In this document: positions 51,955-62,614 of the stretch, one piece after another | Position numbering within the stretch: position 1 is the stretch's first letter | How the letters are laid out: the number at the start of each line of letters is the position of its first letter | Assembly (NCBI GenBank): GCA_003971905.1 | Contig: RSEE01000030.1 | Location: forward strand, 124,001 to 188,000 | Direction: 5' to 3' | Length of the DNA stretch: 64,000 bases | DNA from: Moniliella sp. 'wahieum' | Taxonomy: Eukaryota | Program-made: the position numbers and the translations under genes | Notes under the pieces: generated by a model | The model's input: only the letters and a program-made list of their open reading frames with translations | What the model was told of the DNA's origin: nothing | Databases searched by the model: none

Positions 51955-53138
51955 ATGCACCCAGCCACGCAGAAGGCGCTCCAGCTGACGCATGCCCCAC
52001 CGGGATCCGCCAAGGGCACGCCCCACACCGTCGCTCTGGCCACCGTCCCCGTCCCCACCCCTGGTCCCGGGCAAGTGCTGGTCCGCATCCTCGCCTCGGG
52101 CTTCAACCGACGCGACGAGTGGGCGCGCCACGGAATGTACCCTGGCTTGGTCTACACCAACTCCACCTTGGGCTGTGACGCGGCTGGTGTCGTGGTTGCC
52201 CCCTCGGAGGCCGCCAAGGCAGGCCTGGTGTTACTCGCGCCCCAGCGCGGCTGGGCCTCCGACCCCGCTGGCCCGGGACGCAGCGCGGAAGATGCAGGGC
52301 CCAACGAGTTTGGCGGTCGCGGCTTTGGCATCCTCGGCGCCACCAAAGCGACCAATGGGGTGGGCACGTTTTGCGAGTACATCGTGGTGAACCAGGACCA
52401 AGTGGTGCCTGTGCCGGCGCACTTGGATGCGGTCCATGCCGCCGCGCTGCCCTGTGCGGCGACAACAGCGTACCGTGCCTTGTTTACCAAAGGCCAGCTA
52501 GAGGCGGGACAAATCGTGTTGATCACTGGCATTGGCGGTGGAGTGGCCCAGCTGGCAGCCCAATTGGCTCGTGCGGCCGGGGCCCGCGTCTTTGTCACGG
52601 CCGGGAGCGAAAGTAAGTTGGCGCACGCGATCGACGTGCTGGGCGTCGAGGGCGGTGCGCTGTACAAAGATGCGCAGTGGCCTCAACAGATCAAGAAGTT
52701 GGTCAGCGCGGATGGCCAGGGCAAGGCACTGGACCTGGTCATCGATTCGGCTGGAGGCGATATCATGACCCAGTCAGCTCTCGCTGGCTTACGGAACGGG
52801 GGCAAAGTCGTCTGTTATGGCATGACTGCCGCGCGCAGATTAGCTTTGATATGCGCGCCGTCTTGCGCAACATTGACCTGCTCGGCTCCACCATGGGTTC
52901 CACCCGCGAATTTCGCGAGGCAATCGAGTTTATCGGTAAACACCGCATTTCCCCAGTCATCGATACTGTCCTACCCCCCTGGAGCAGGCGACTGAAGGGT
53001 TCGCTTTGTTGGCTGACTCGTCCAAGCGGCAGGCGGCAAGATTGTGGTCCAAATTACGCCTACTTCTGGGCCAGTTTCGAGCCTCTGAGAGCCCAGGCCT
53101 CTTTCGTTCCACAACCAGCTCCCACATCTACCGTGTGA
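51955..53138 (+). CDS. Medium-chain dehydrogenase/reductase (quinone oxidoreductase-like)
   Basis: VPTPGPGQVLVRILASGFNRRD.W.R.GMYPG, LGCDAAGVV, AAALPCAATTAYRAL, VLITGIGGGVA, DLVIDSAGG and GSTMGS..EF. Confidence 0.9.
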
Positions 53139-53916
53139 ACTACCCTGATTTCTCCTTTTTTTCCCGAGAAAAACGCGATAAACAAGACATGCAAATCCAG
53201 CGAGCTTAACACACGCCCAAAAGGATTGTGAGGGGTGGGGGGGAGGGATATGACGGCATGAAACAGTTAGGGTGCCGAAAGACTTCCGAAGAGAAACTGC
53301 CAGGGCTGATAGTGAGCCAGGGCTGAAAAGGAGCAAGAAAGCATAAAGCCGATATTGCTTTCATGAGACAGTGCCTGCGCGGGACTTGTCCGGGACTTTG
53401 GCTCAGCCGTCCTCGGGTGGAGGTAGGAGCGCCCGCTGAAAAACACGGTGGCAGTAGGAAATGCTGTTTCTTTGGCAAACATACCCAGGCGTATAGGCCA
53501 TCGTAACTACTGCGCCCATGTCGACGAGACAGCGGAGGTTTGTGTCTGCAGTGATGGTACGGCTGCGGTTCTTTCTCTTCCTAGGCGGGCATGGAGACTC
53601 GGACTCTGATTCCAAACGGACCTTCTTTTGTGTAGCGCCCATCTGGTCCCGATAATGCGGATAATGTCAATTCGGTAAGAGTAGGAGGGTGATTCGGCTG
53701 CGTTATAAGCTGGCAGTATCCTAGAGCTCCACAAATCGATTACGGCCGAGCCACCGGGAGAGGGGTGAACCACCGTTGACCGTTGAGCAGGGCCGAGCCT
53801 CAGCTCGGTTGTGCAGGGGAAGTATGCTTGCCAGAATGGCACTGGTTGATGTACGAGGGAACCTTGAGAATGAAGCGTTCGACTAACATTTTGCGAGCGA
53901 GGTGGCTACGCCACTG

Positions 53917-54884
53917 CTAAAAGCCCTCTTGGGCCAGGTCAGAGCAGATTTGCTGGTAAAACTGTGCGGCTTGGAACGGGGGCGGTCCGGCATGAGGATG
54001 ACGACGGTACGAGGGCAAGGTGGCTGCCCAACCAATGATCTGCATGTGATGCACGTCATGGAGTGTGCCTTGGTACTGCCCCCACTGCGAACTAGGGACC
54101 GAGACAAGACCATCGTTCGGATCCGGGAGGAGAATGCGATAAAAGGGATAGAGGTAGTGCCAGCGCGGAGGCTTAAACGAAGCGCCCCAACTGAACATCT
54201 TACACCTCGTACCGGGCACAAGGTGCGACTGAGGATCCGGCGCGTCGTCCAGCGCTTGATTGAAAATCCGAAGAAAGCGCAGGGTGAGCTGCTCAAATGC
54301 CTCTCCCCCACCTGGGACACCAAGACGGTGCAGCGCACGCAGCAGAGTGGGGATCCGCTGGCGGCCCAGCACGTGGTCCAACAGTACATCTGCCACTCTC
54401 GAGCCGCGATGAGGCGTGGTGATGGTTGTTGTACTGGCCACCTCGAATCGCGGGGGACGAGAAGAACTGCATTTCTGCACTACCGTCCAAGCCAGACTCT
54501 CCGGATCCTCCGTTCGAGCTGACTGGCTGGGGGGGGACGGGGCCCAAGCGCGGCGCTGGCGCGCAACTAGGAACCGTGCGTCCAACCCCCCCATGGAATG
54601 GCCGACGAGGTTGACCACCCGCTCCGAGGGCAGGATGCCCTGGCGGTCCAGCCAGGCATCGATTTGCTGTTCGAGCGCTTCGGCGCGAACGGGCATGCTG
54701 CCAGTAAGCGGGACACGGGTTGCATGGGCATGCACGCCGCGAGCCTCCAGCTGGTCCAGCACCCACGCCAGTAGTGGATGGGATGGAGGGGCGGAAGATG
54801 GATCGTGTCCCACCCGAACAGGCCGTGGGCAAAAATACAGGGTACTGCGCGCGCCCGTCTACCCACTGCGCCCGTTGCCGCCAT
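53917..54884 (-). CDS. Triacylglycerol lipase, Tgl2-like alpha/beta hydrolase (short paralog)
   Basis: PCIFAHGLFGWD, YWRG, VNLVGHSMGGLDARFL, TITTPHRGS.VAD, PNDGLVSV.SSQWG.Y.GTL..VHH..IIGW and FY..I..DLA.EGF. Confidence 0.9.
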
Positions 54885-55027
54885 GGTGGTGGCACTTCCC
54901 GGTGACGATGATGTCGATGATGGTCGCACACAGGTGTGAGGTCATGTGGGCCAAATGGTCACATGGTCACTGGAGGAACGGCATCCTTTGCTTTACACTT
55001 GGACTGGATGGGCACGCCGTCAAGTAA

Positions 55028-55114
55028 GGTGCTATGGTGTAGTGGTCATCACGTCTCCTTTACAGTCTGACTGTCAAACGGAGAAGGTCCGCGGTTCGAA
55101 CCCGCGTCGCGCCA
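55028..55114 (+). tRNA. tRNA-Val(TAC) with a 14-nt intron (55065-55078)
   Basis: GGTGCTA..TGGTGTAGTGG (A box); anticodon arm TCTCC-TTTACA^C-GGAGA; T arm CGCGG-TTCGAAC-CCGCG; T6 terminator follows. Confidence 0.92.
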
Positions 55115-55932
55115 GTTTTTTGGCTTTTCGTTTTGGAAACAGTGCATTTGACGTGGCAGTGGCGTTGCGGTGGCGCTCACCCTCCGCGGCTGCCCTGGAG
55201 TTTCAAATCCAAGCCCAGGGGGGCTAGTCAGTTGTGTACGTCAACGTTGAACACGTTTATCGGTGAACACGTCTCCAACACGCCACTACACGCAGCACGG
55301 CGCGTACGTGGATGGCTGGATGGCACGGCGTGTTGCTCAAGAGTGGGGGTTACCGGTTAGGCAGGCCGGGCACGCTGGAACAGCTGGAATGGTGGAACGG
55401 CATGGCAGCCAGCTGGGGCGCAAGCCACCTGGCCCATGCCAAGAGCCCTATATCCTCGATCCCTCGATCATCGATCATCCACCAGATAGCAGCGCACCCT
55501 CATGCACCACACCGCAGCTGCCCGGCCGATCAGGCGGAGCATCCGCGTCTGAGATCCAAGATCTGACGTCTGACATGCGCTCAGTGCCCCCGCGCGGAGC
55601 GCTGGCGTGGCTGCCTTGGCCTGCCTTGGCCCGCCTTGGCCTCCTACACTGCACTCCTGCGTCCCAGCACGGCCAAATGGGCGCAAGCAGGCGCACTGCC
55701 CCCTCGCTTCGCCTCTCGTTGCACCGCCAACGGGGCACGAGAGCACTGTGTCCTTCTCACCTATAGCCCCCTTGCCTCTTTCGACCCCGCCCCTCTACCC
55801 ATCTCCCCATCTCCCCGTCTCCCTGTCTCTCCGGGCCAAGCTCCTCTGTTTCCTATCCCACCTCCACCTCTTTCGTTCTTTCGTTTGTCCCCTGTCCCTC
55901 GCGTCCTCTTTTCCGTACCTCCGCCCACTTCC

Positions 55933-57537
55933 ATGTACCAGCTCGGCCCCTCTGTTGCACCTGACGGACCCAGCGCCGCCGACGCCCCTGGCCCCCTACC
56001 ATCACGCTCTCTCTGCATCGGCAGCTTGCTCCCTTCCTCTGTGCCACCCGAACCATTCATGCCTCTTGCCCCGCCTTCGCCTCACTTGGAATTTACCCAG
56101 CTGTCCCATCAGGACGTCAACATGGCTGGTTTTGGAGCTCGCAAGTTTGCTCACCAGCAACATCTCCTCCTCCGTCAGCACAGCGCCGCTGCATCCCGAC
56201 CTGCTCCTGCGCCTTATACCCCTACCCTGGCGCCCCAAACACCTTCCCCCCCGCGCGCCCCGACCAGACACTCTTCCCTACTCCCCCCCGTCAAGCTCCG
56301 GAGCATCGCGCCAAATGTGCCGACTGCGGTGCGTTGATCACCCTGGATCAGCTCGAGACCCACAGCTGTGGCAGCGGGGACGAGGATATCGCGTCTCCCT
56401 TGTTTGAGTCCCCGATCGAAGTTTCCCCGGCCGGGCGGCCGCCTTGGCTTCTCAGCCCGAACCCGATTCCGAGCCCGAGCCCGAGCCCAAGTCCGACTTC
56501 TACTAAGCAACGCCCATATCCTGCCCTCCACGAGTCTACCCACCCCCCGCTCCCTTCGCTCGATCCCTCCTCCCTCACGCCAGCTCACCATCGGCCTCCT
56601 CTCTCCCGATCCCCCACCTCTCCAGTCCCTTCCCACCGCACGACGCGATTGCAGCATCGCGTCGAGCGCGGATCGAGGAGCAGCGTCGCGCTGCTCGCCT
56701 CGCCTCTTCCGTGCCCCAAGAGGAGGAGCAAGACACCATAGTGTTTGGTCCTGGTCCGGGCGCATGGACCTCTCGCCACCGCCGCGGGACCGAGCCTACG
56801 TTTCCCTCGCCGAAGCACCCGGGCGATCTGGCGCGGGCGCAGACGGTGCCCAAGGGGAAAGCGTGTGGGGGCTGTGGAACGGTGTTGGACGCGAAAGGCA
56901 AGTGTGCCCATTGCACTCCTCGGTGCCAAGCGTGTGGCCAAGGGTTGGAGCGGGGGGTGAGGAGCAAAGATGCGGGCTTGCCAGGGATCTGGCACCGCGC
57001 TTGCTTTACCTGTTCCTCGCCTGGGTGTCGGGTGAGCCTGGTGGATGCCCCGCACTGCGTGTTCGATGGTAAGCCCGTGTGTGTGCGGCACTACCATCGT
57101 CTGGCTGGAACAGTGTGTGGGATCTGCGGCGAGGGCATCGAAGGTCCCGCTCGTTCCGTTGCCGATGGCTCGCTCTTCCACCCTACTTGTTTTACCTGCC
57201 AGTTTCCACGATGCAGAGGGGTACGTTGTGATTCGCGCTACTGCCATAGAGCACGCATGTGATGAGCAAAAAGTACGACGTACTGACTGTACTGACGCCA
57301 CGACTCTGTTTTTAGACCATGGATACTTATTACGAAGTCCAAGGGAAGCGTCTGTGTCCGGCCCATTGGGCCGCCTGGTCCCACACACGGCACCTCGGCC
57401 GGCACAAAACGGGTATCGGCAATGCTTCCTTGAAGGAGACAAAGGCGAAGGGGAATGCGAAAACAAGAACAAGTCGGTTTGATCGTCTTCCCTCGTCTCT
57501 GTCTCCCTGTCTCTCTTCGTTTTCGTCTTTCGCATAG
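55933..57537 (+). CDS. LIM-domain protein (paxillin-like C-terminal LIMs); intron about 57221-57315
   Basis: CQACGQGL..GIWHRACFTCSSPGC...CVRHYHRLAGTVCGICGEGIEG..FHPTCFTCQFPRC..YYEVQGKRLCPAH, with a Pro/Ser-rich N-terminus. Confidence 0.8.
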
Positions 57538-58347
57538 CACCCTTATGGGGTTGACGTGGGGGGTTTCGCCCCCTCTCTCTGTTACGACGACCAATGCGGC
57601 AGACTTGCCACACGATCATGATCACTGTGATGTGTCCCCTTTTGGCAGCAGTTCTGTGCGTGTCAAAACCGTGTACTTCTGATGCCCATGCGGACTCGAG
57701 TCGTTGCCTGTTCTCTATTCGCTCCTTTTGCTCTCTGTCGTCCTCGTCCCCATCTTGTTGCTTACTACTTTGTCGTGCTATATATAGGCCGTTCAGCAGG
57801 GCATCACACTCCGGGCGGGAGCAGTCCGACCCTTTTGCCCCCGCGATCAGATCGAGATGTGCATGTGGTGCGCACTTCTTTTTGCCCTTCGAGGATCTAG
57901 GGCTTTCTTGTCGACCTCGGTCAGGTGTCTTCTCCTTTGCGTAGGGGGGGGGGGGCATGACATGTGACAGCTGGGTTCGCAGGGGGCAGGTGGGATGTGC
58001 CCGAGCAGGACAGACTCTTGCGGGGGGCACGCAGGCATTCTGGCATTGCGCACGCCGTACCCGATCATACATTCCTAGTCCCTCGTCACCCGTCACGTGG
58101 CCTCCGATCCGATCAGCACAGCGACCATCATGCATCAACATCATTTGCATATCATGCATCGCCCCTCGCTGCGCGGGGGAGCGGGAGGGGCAGGCACAGG
58201 CACAAGGCTGCAGCTGCAGCTGCAAGGGGCAGAATTCTTGAGCACGCCTTCTCGGCCAGTCTTCTTGTAGCGGAGCACAGGCGAAGCAAGCAGCCTGCCT
58301 GCCTGCCTGCCTGCGCCACCACCGCCTTCCCTCCGCCGCTGCCCGGC

Positions 58348-60454
58348 ATGCCGCCCCACCTGGGCCGCCGCCCATTCGTGCGTGCTGGCCGGGCTGCCCG
58401 CGCTGTGTGTGGCTACTACGGCACCCTCTTCCTCGTGCCCCCCCCCCACCCCCCCCACCCCCTCCTCCCCTCCTCCCCCCCGCCCCCAGCCTCCGCGCCC
58501 TCCCCCGACACCCCGCGCGCTCTGGACCGCCTCCTTTCCCAGCATCGACAGCTGGCCCAAGCTCCCCCCGCCCCCGCCCGAGCCACCGGCCCCGCGGGTG
58601 GCCCGCATCCGCTCCATCACCCAGCTCATGAGCCTCCCCGACCTCCTCACTCCTCCCCGCTTGCCCCGCGATCCCATTGTGCTCTGCCACGGCTTGTACG
58701 GGTACGACGTGCGCGCCATCTTTGGTGTCGAGATGCACTACTGGGCCGGCATTATGGATGTGCTTCGCGAGCGTCTGGGTGTCGAGGTCATCATGAAGGG
58801 CGTCCCGCCCATGGGCTCGATCCAAGAGCGGGCCGAGGCGTTGCATGCGTACCTCTGTTCCCCGCAAGCCGGCATCCGCGGACGCAGGGTTCACTTTGTT
58901 GGTCATTCCATGGGGGGCTGGACGCTCGCTACCTCATTACCCGCATCCGCCCTACCCCCGACCAGTACACGCCCCTCACCCTGACGACGATCAGCACCCC
59001 CCACCGCGGCTCGCCCTTTATGGACTGGTGCAATGCCAACATTGGCATCGGTCGCGACCTGGTCGAGTCGGAGATTGCCACCGCACGCAACCAGGGCATC
59101 ATCCCACCCGCTCACACTCGTTCTCGTCACCGCCATCCACACCATGACCCGATTCGTCCGTGGGTCCGCTTGAGGACCCAATGCCCAGTCCGCCCTACTC
59201 TCTCAAAGCGCCCCTTTTTGTCAGGAGACCGAGCGGGGACCACGGTGAGAACAAGGCTTCTCCTTCCCAACCCACTAACACCACCAAACCAGCCTCTCCA
59301 GCTTCCACACGTACCCCGCCTCGCTCGACGGAATCCAAGGCGGATGGTGACACGAACAAGAAGAATGCACCCCGTCCTGCTAAACGTGGATGGGACACCT
59401 CGCTCTTTACCCGTGCTCTCGACTCGCTCGGAGGCGGGTTTAGCAACTTGATGCTAGGCTTTCTGGACCAACCAGCCTACGCCATGTTATCCACCCGCTA
59501 TATGACTCTCCTCTTTAACCCCACGGTGCCCAACGTGCGAGGGGTGGACTACTTCAGTGTAGCGGCACGGATTGATCGGTTGCCTATATGGCACCCACTA
59601 TGGCTGCCCAAGCTGGTGCTGGACGCATCGACGGCAAGTGGCTCGGCTGCCAGTGTGCGGGACGGTTCAGCGCAGGCAGAACAAGCAGAACGGGGCAACG
59701 ACGGCATTGTTGCCGTTCACTCTGCCGTCTGGGGCCACTTTCTCGGGGTGTGGAGCAAGCGGATCATTGGGATCTGCGTGGGGGGGAGCGCCGCGCTTTC
59801 GCGCCCCGAGGAGAGACCCCATCACAGGACGTCCCATCTCCATCTCTCCCAAGGACAAAACAAGGCCAAACCCAAACCCAAACCCAAACCCAAACCAAGC
59901 CCAAATCCGCTCCTGCTTCTGCCAAACCCCAAGTGAGTGAATCTGAGGAGAACCACGGATGGATGGGTATAAACCGCATCTTGCGCACTCTGCGCCGCTC
60001 TGCCTCCTCAAATTCAAGCAACGCCAAGACCAGGCCAGCAAGCCAGTCATCTTTCTTCCTCCCTCGTCTTCTCCTACATCTCCCGCACACCTCACCATCA
60101 TCATCTTCTCCGCTCTCGGACTCGTCTCCCCTGCACCGTCAGTGCTGCACCCTCCATCCTCTGCTCCTGGTGCTCACCAGGTCGCACCTGGATCTCAGCC
60201 CGCCTGCCCGACACGCCCTTGCCACCCTCTGCACCTACGTCCTCTGCCTTCGTTCCTTTGCTCCCCGCGCCCGCGCCAACGCGCCAAGAAAACGAACAAA
60301 CGTCGGCTGCCGTGCACACTGTCCTTTCTTCCGCCCCGACCGGGGCACGGTCCGTCAGCTACGTCATCGTCCACGGCTGAGATGCCATCCCCCTTCGCGC
60401 CTTGGACGTTGGGAGCGGACACCAGGCGGATGTGCCCTTGGCTACGTTGAGTGA
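58348..60454 (+). CDS. Triacylglycerol lipase, Tgl2-like (long paralog with insertions)
   Basis: PIVLCHGLYGYDVR, HYW.GIMDVLR, VHFVGHSMGGLDARYLI, TISTPHRGSPFMDWC, PAYAMLST.YM..FNP.VPN and NDGIVAV.SA.WG.FLG. Confidence 0.88.
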
Positions 60455-61163
60455 GGAGGAGCGCCTCGAGCGGTTTTGGGCGGCCATCTGTCGTCACTTG
60501 TGGGAACGCGGTACTGAGTAATGATCATCGATCAGTACTCAGTCTCGCTTCGCCTCTCCCACACCCTACATTGTTTTGCTGTGTACGCGTATACTTTACC
60601 TCATATTCTTGTAATACCATTGATCATCCGCGGTGCTAATAGAAGCATGCGAGAGGCGTCTTTTGCAGTCAGTCAGCAGAGTACGATAGCTGGCTGCGAC
60701 TAGGAGAAAATGATAACTTGGCGCGAATTATATAGTGCTAGGAGAGAGTGGAACGCCACATCTCCTGTCGAAGGGCTGAGTCAGTGCAGCGATTATATTC
60801 GCTTGAAGCTTACGGATACGGGGCAGATGACTTGACGCCGAAATCACGCGGTCCAGACGATCTGCCCTTTGGGTGCTGGTCGGCACGGTCTTGATCGCCT
60901 TCAGGTTTTATCGTTCTTCCTCGCCACCAAGTCAGATTCGCCGAAGTGTACCAGCAAGAGAGGGTCGGGAGACCAGCTACCTGCCTCTGAACAGATGCTT
61001 TAATGTTACCTCCTTTCACTCACTAACCCCACGAGGCTGATGTTATACTAGAAGCATATTCCCATCCTCGCAGCAATCCGCCAGACACCAGTGCGTTGAC
61101 ACCCTTGACAGCCTTGGGTCTGCATCATGCGTTTGTATCGGCTGTTCGCTAGTCTGCAAAAAG

Positions 61164-61260
61164 TGACGAGAGTGGGATTCGAACCCACGCCCCCGGAGAC
61201 TGCGGTTAGACCACCATAGGTGCCTTAACACAGCGCGTTAGACCACTTCGCTATCTCGCC
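61164..61260 (-). tRNA. tRNA-Leu(AAG) with a 17-nt intron
   Basis: Reverse complement reads GGCGAGA-TAGCGAAGTGGTCTAACGC-G-CTGTG-TTAAGG^C-CGCAG-variable arm-GTGGG-TTCGAAT-CCCAC-TCTCGTC-A, followed by a T run. Confidence 0.92.
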
Positions 61261-61396
61261 ATGACGCACCAGTCAGCGCTCCACGATACCCAGAATCAAC
61301 ACGCATACTCCCTCATGAATGTCAACTGGTAGCCGGATTAGAATTAATTACGCCGACGCAGCACAGACTCCGTGCGGGCTGTAGTGACCGCTTTAA

Positions 61397-61417
61397 TAGG
61401 GTTGCCTCGGTAGGGTT
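61397..61417 (+). promoter_or_regulatory. Two tandem TAGGGTT motifs upstream of RPP1
   Basis: TAGGGTT at 61397-61403 and 61411-61417, about 75-95 bp before the ATG. Confidence 0.5.
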
Positions 61418-61491
61418 CTGTGCTGCGCCTCGTGCTTCAGCGTGGCGGCCACCTCAACGCGAACACCTACCTGTCAAGTCAACTCACCAAG

Positions 61492-61920
61492 ATGGCCTCT
61501 ACTGAGCTTGCTGCCACCTACGCCGCCCTCATCCTCGCCGACGAGTCGGTCGAGATCACTGTACGTTCTATCCCATCAGCAACACCACCAACAGTGATGC
61601 GAGTCACGAGTGCCGTTGGTTCACCTGACCGCTGACTTGGCCATATTTCTTCTTGCAGGGCGAGAAGATCCACACCTCACTTCGGCTGCTCACGTCGACC
61701 TCGAGCCCATCTGGGCCAACCTTTTGGCCAAGGCTCTTGCGGGCAAGGACGTCCAGGACCTCCTGACCTCGGTTGGTGGTGGCGCCCCCGGTGGTGCCGT
61801 TGCTGCCGCTGGCCCTGCCGCCGGCGGCGACGCCCCCGCTGAGGAGAAGAAGGAGGAGAAGAAGGAAGAGAAGGTTGAGGAGGAGTCGGACGACGACATG
61901 GGCTTCGGTCTCTTGACTAA
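61492..61920 (+). CDS. RPP1: 60S acidic ribosomal protein P1; intron 61561-61658
   Basis: [44 protein letters not shown] and [12 protein letters not shown](FD). Confidence 0.95.
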
Positions 61921-62614
61921 ATCGTCAAAAGAGCATACGATTCTCCATCCCCTTTGCATTTCCTTACCTGGAGCTAGGGCATCTAATCCTTCCCCTCATG
62001 ATTCTCCCCGAAGCCGACCTCGATTTGGCCGTGTACCGGCCTCTTCTGCAGCTATGGCCACCCCTGCTGCCCCCAGCACAAAACCACCCTGCTTTGTGGC
62101 CTGACTCGGTGGTGCTCCACTCAGTCTGGTCCGGCTTGGTGAGCGCCTCGCCCATGCCCCTGTATGTTGTGTGATGAGGCGTTGTAATTCGAATCGCTGT
62201 TGCGACGAGCCCTGGTTCCGCTCTAGAACAAATAGTCCAGTCCGGATTCGCCTTTAAGCTTGACGAGCAGGCAAGACATATGAGACTGAGCCGACGTACT
62301 GAGCGTACTGAGCCTTCTTGCCCTTGTACGCTCTTGGGAAAATGCCCCACTCTCTGGCGCCAAGCAGATGAGGATGAGAGATGGATGAGACAGGTACGCC
62401 TATCCGTTTTCCCAAGCAAAGGCACAGTGGCGCGGTCACGTGCGGGGGATGGGCGTGGGGTTAGTGGCGCAGTGCCAGGATGCGCCACCTGCTCGCCCGC
62501 GCACGGCCGCCTACTTTTTAAGCCCCTGCTAGCCCCTGCTTTGCCCGGCCGTTTTGCTGGCCCCACACACGCCTTCTCCCCCCCTCTCCCACCCTTCGCT
62601 TCCTCCACCACACC

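Noticed and set aside
44174..54884. Secondary-metabolite cluster (two MFS transporters, MDR, lipase)
   Set aside because: No PKS, NRPS or terpene backbone gene or pathway regulator is present, and the genes are interspersed with housekeeping PFA4 and GPI18.
56585..58906. 773-aa minus-strand ORF, plus other long antisense ORFs such as 14359-15378, 31791-32513 and 38997-39737
   Set aside because: These are shadow ORFs of GC-rich real genes on the opposite strand, with low-complexity translations and no motifs.
59866..59895. (CCAAAC)n hexamer repeat
   Set aside because: An ordinary coding microsatellite in the lipase low-complexity tail. It is neither telomeric nor CRISPR-like.
61594..61635. 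Possible snoRNA in the RPP1 intron (GTGATGC...CTGA)
   Set aside because: Only about 35-40 nt, no recognisable rRNA guide, and the CTGAC is the branch point.
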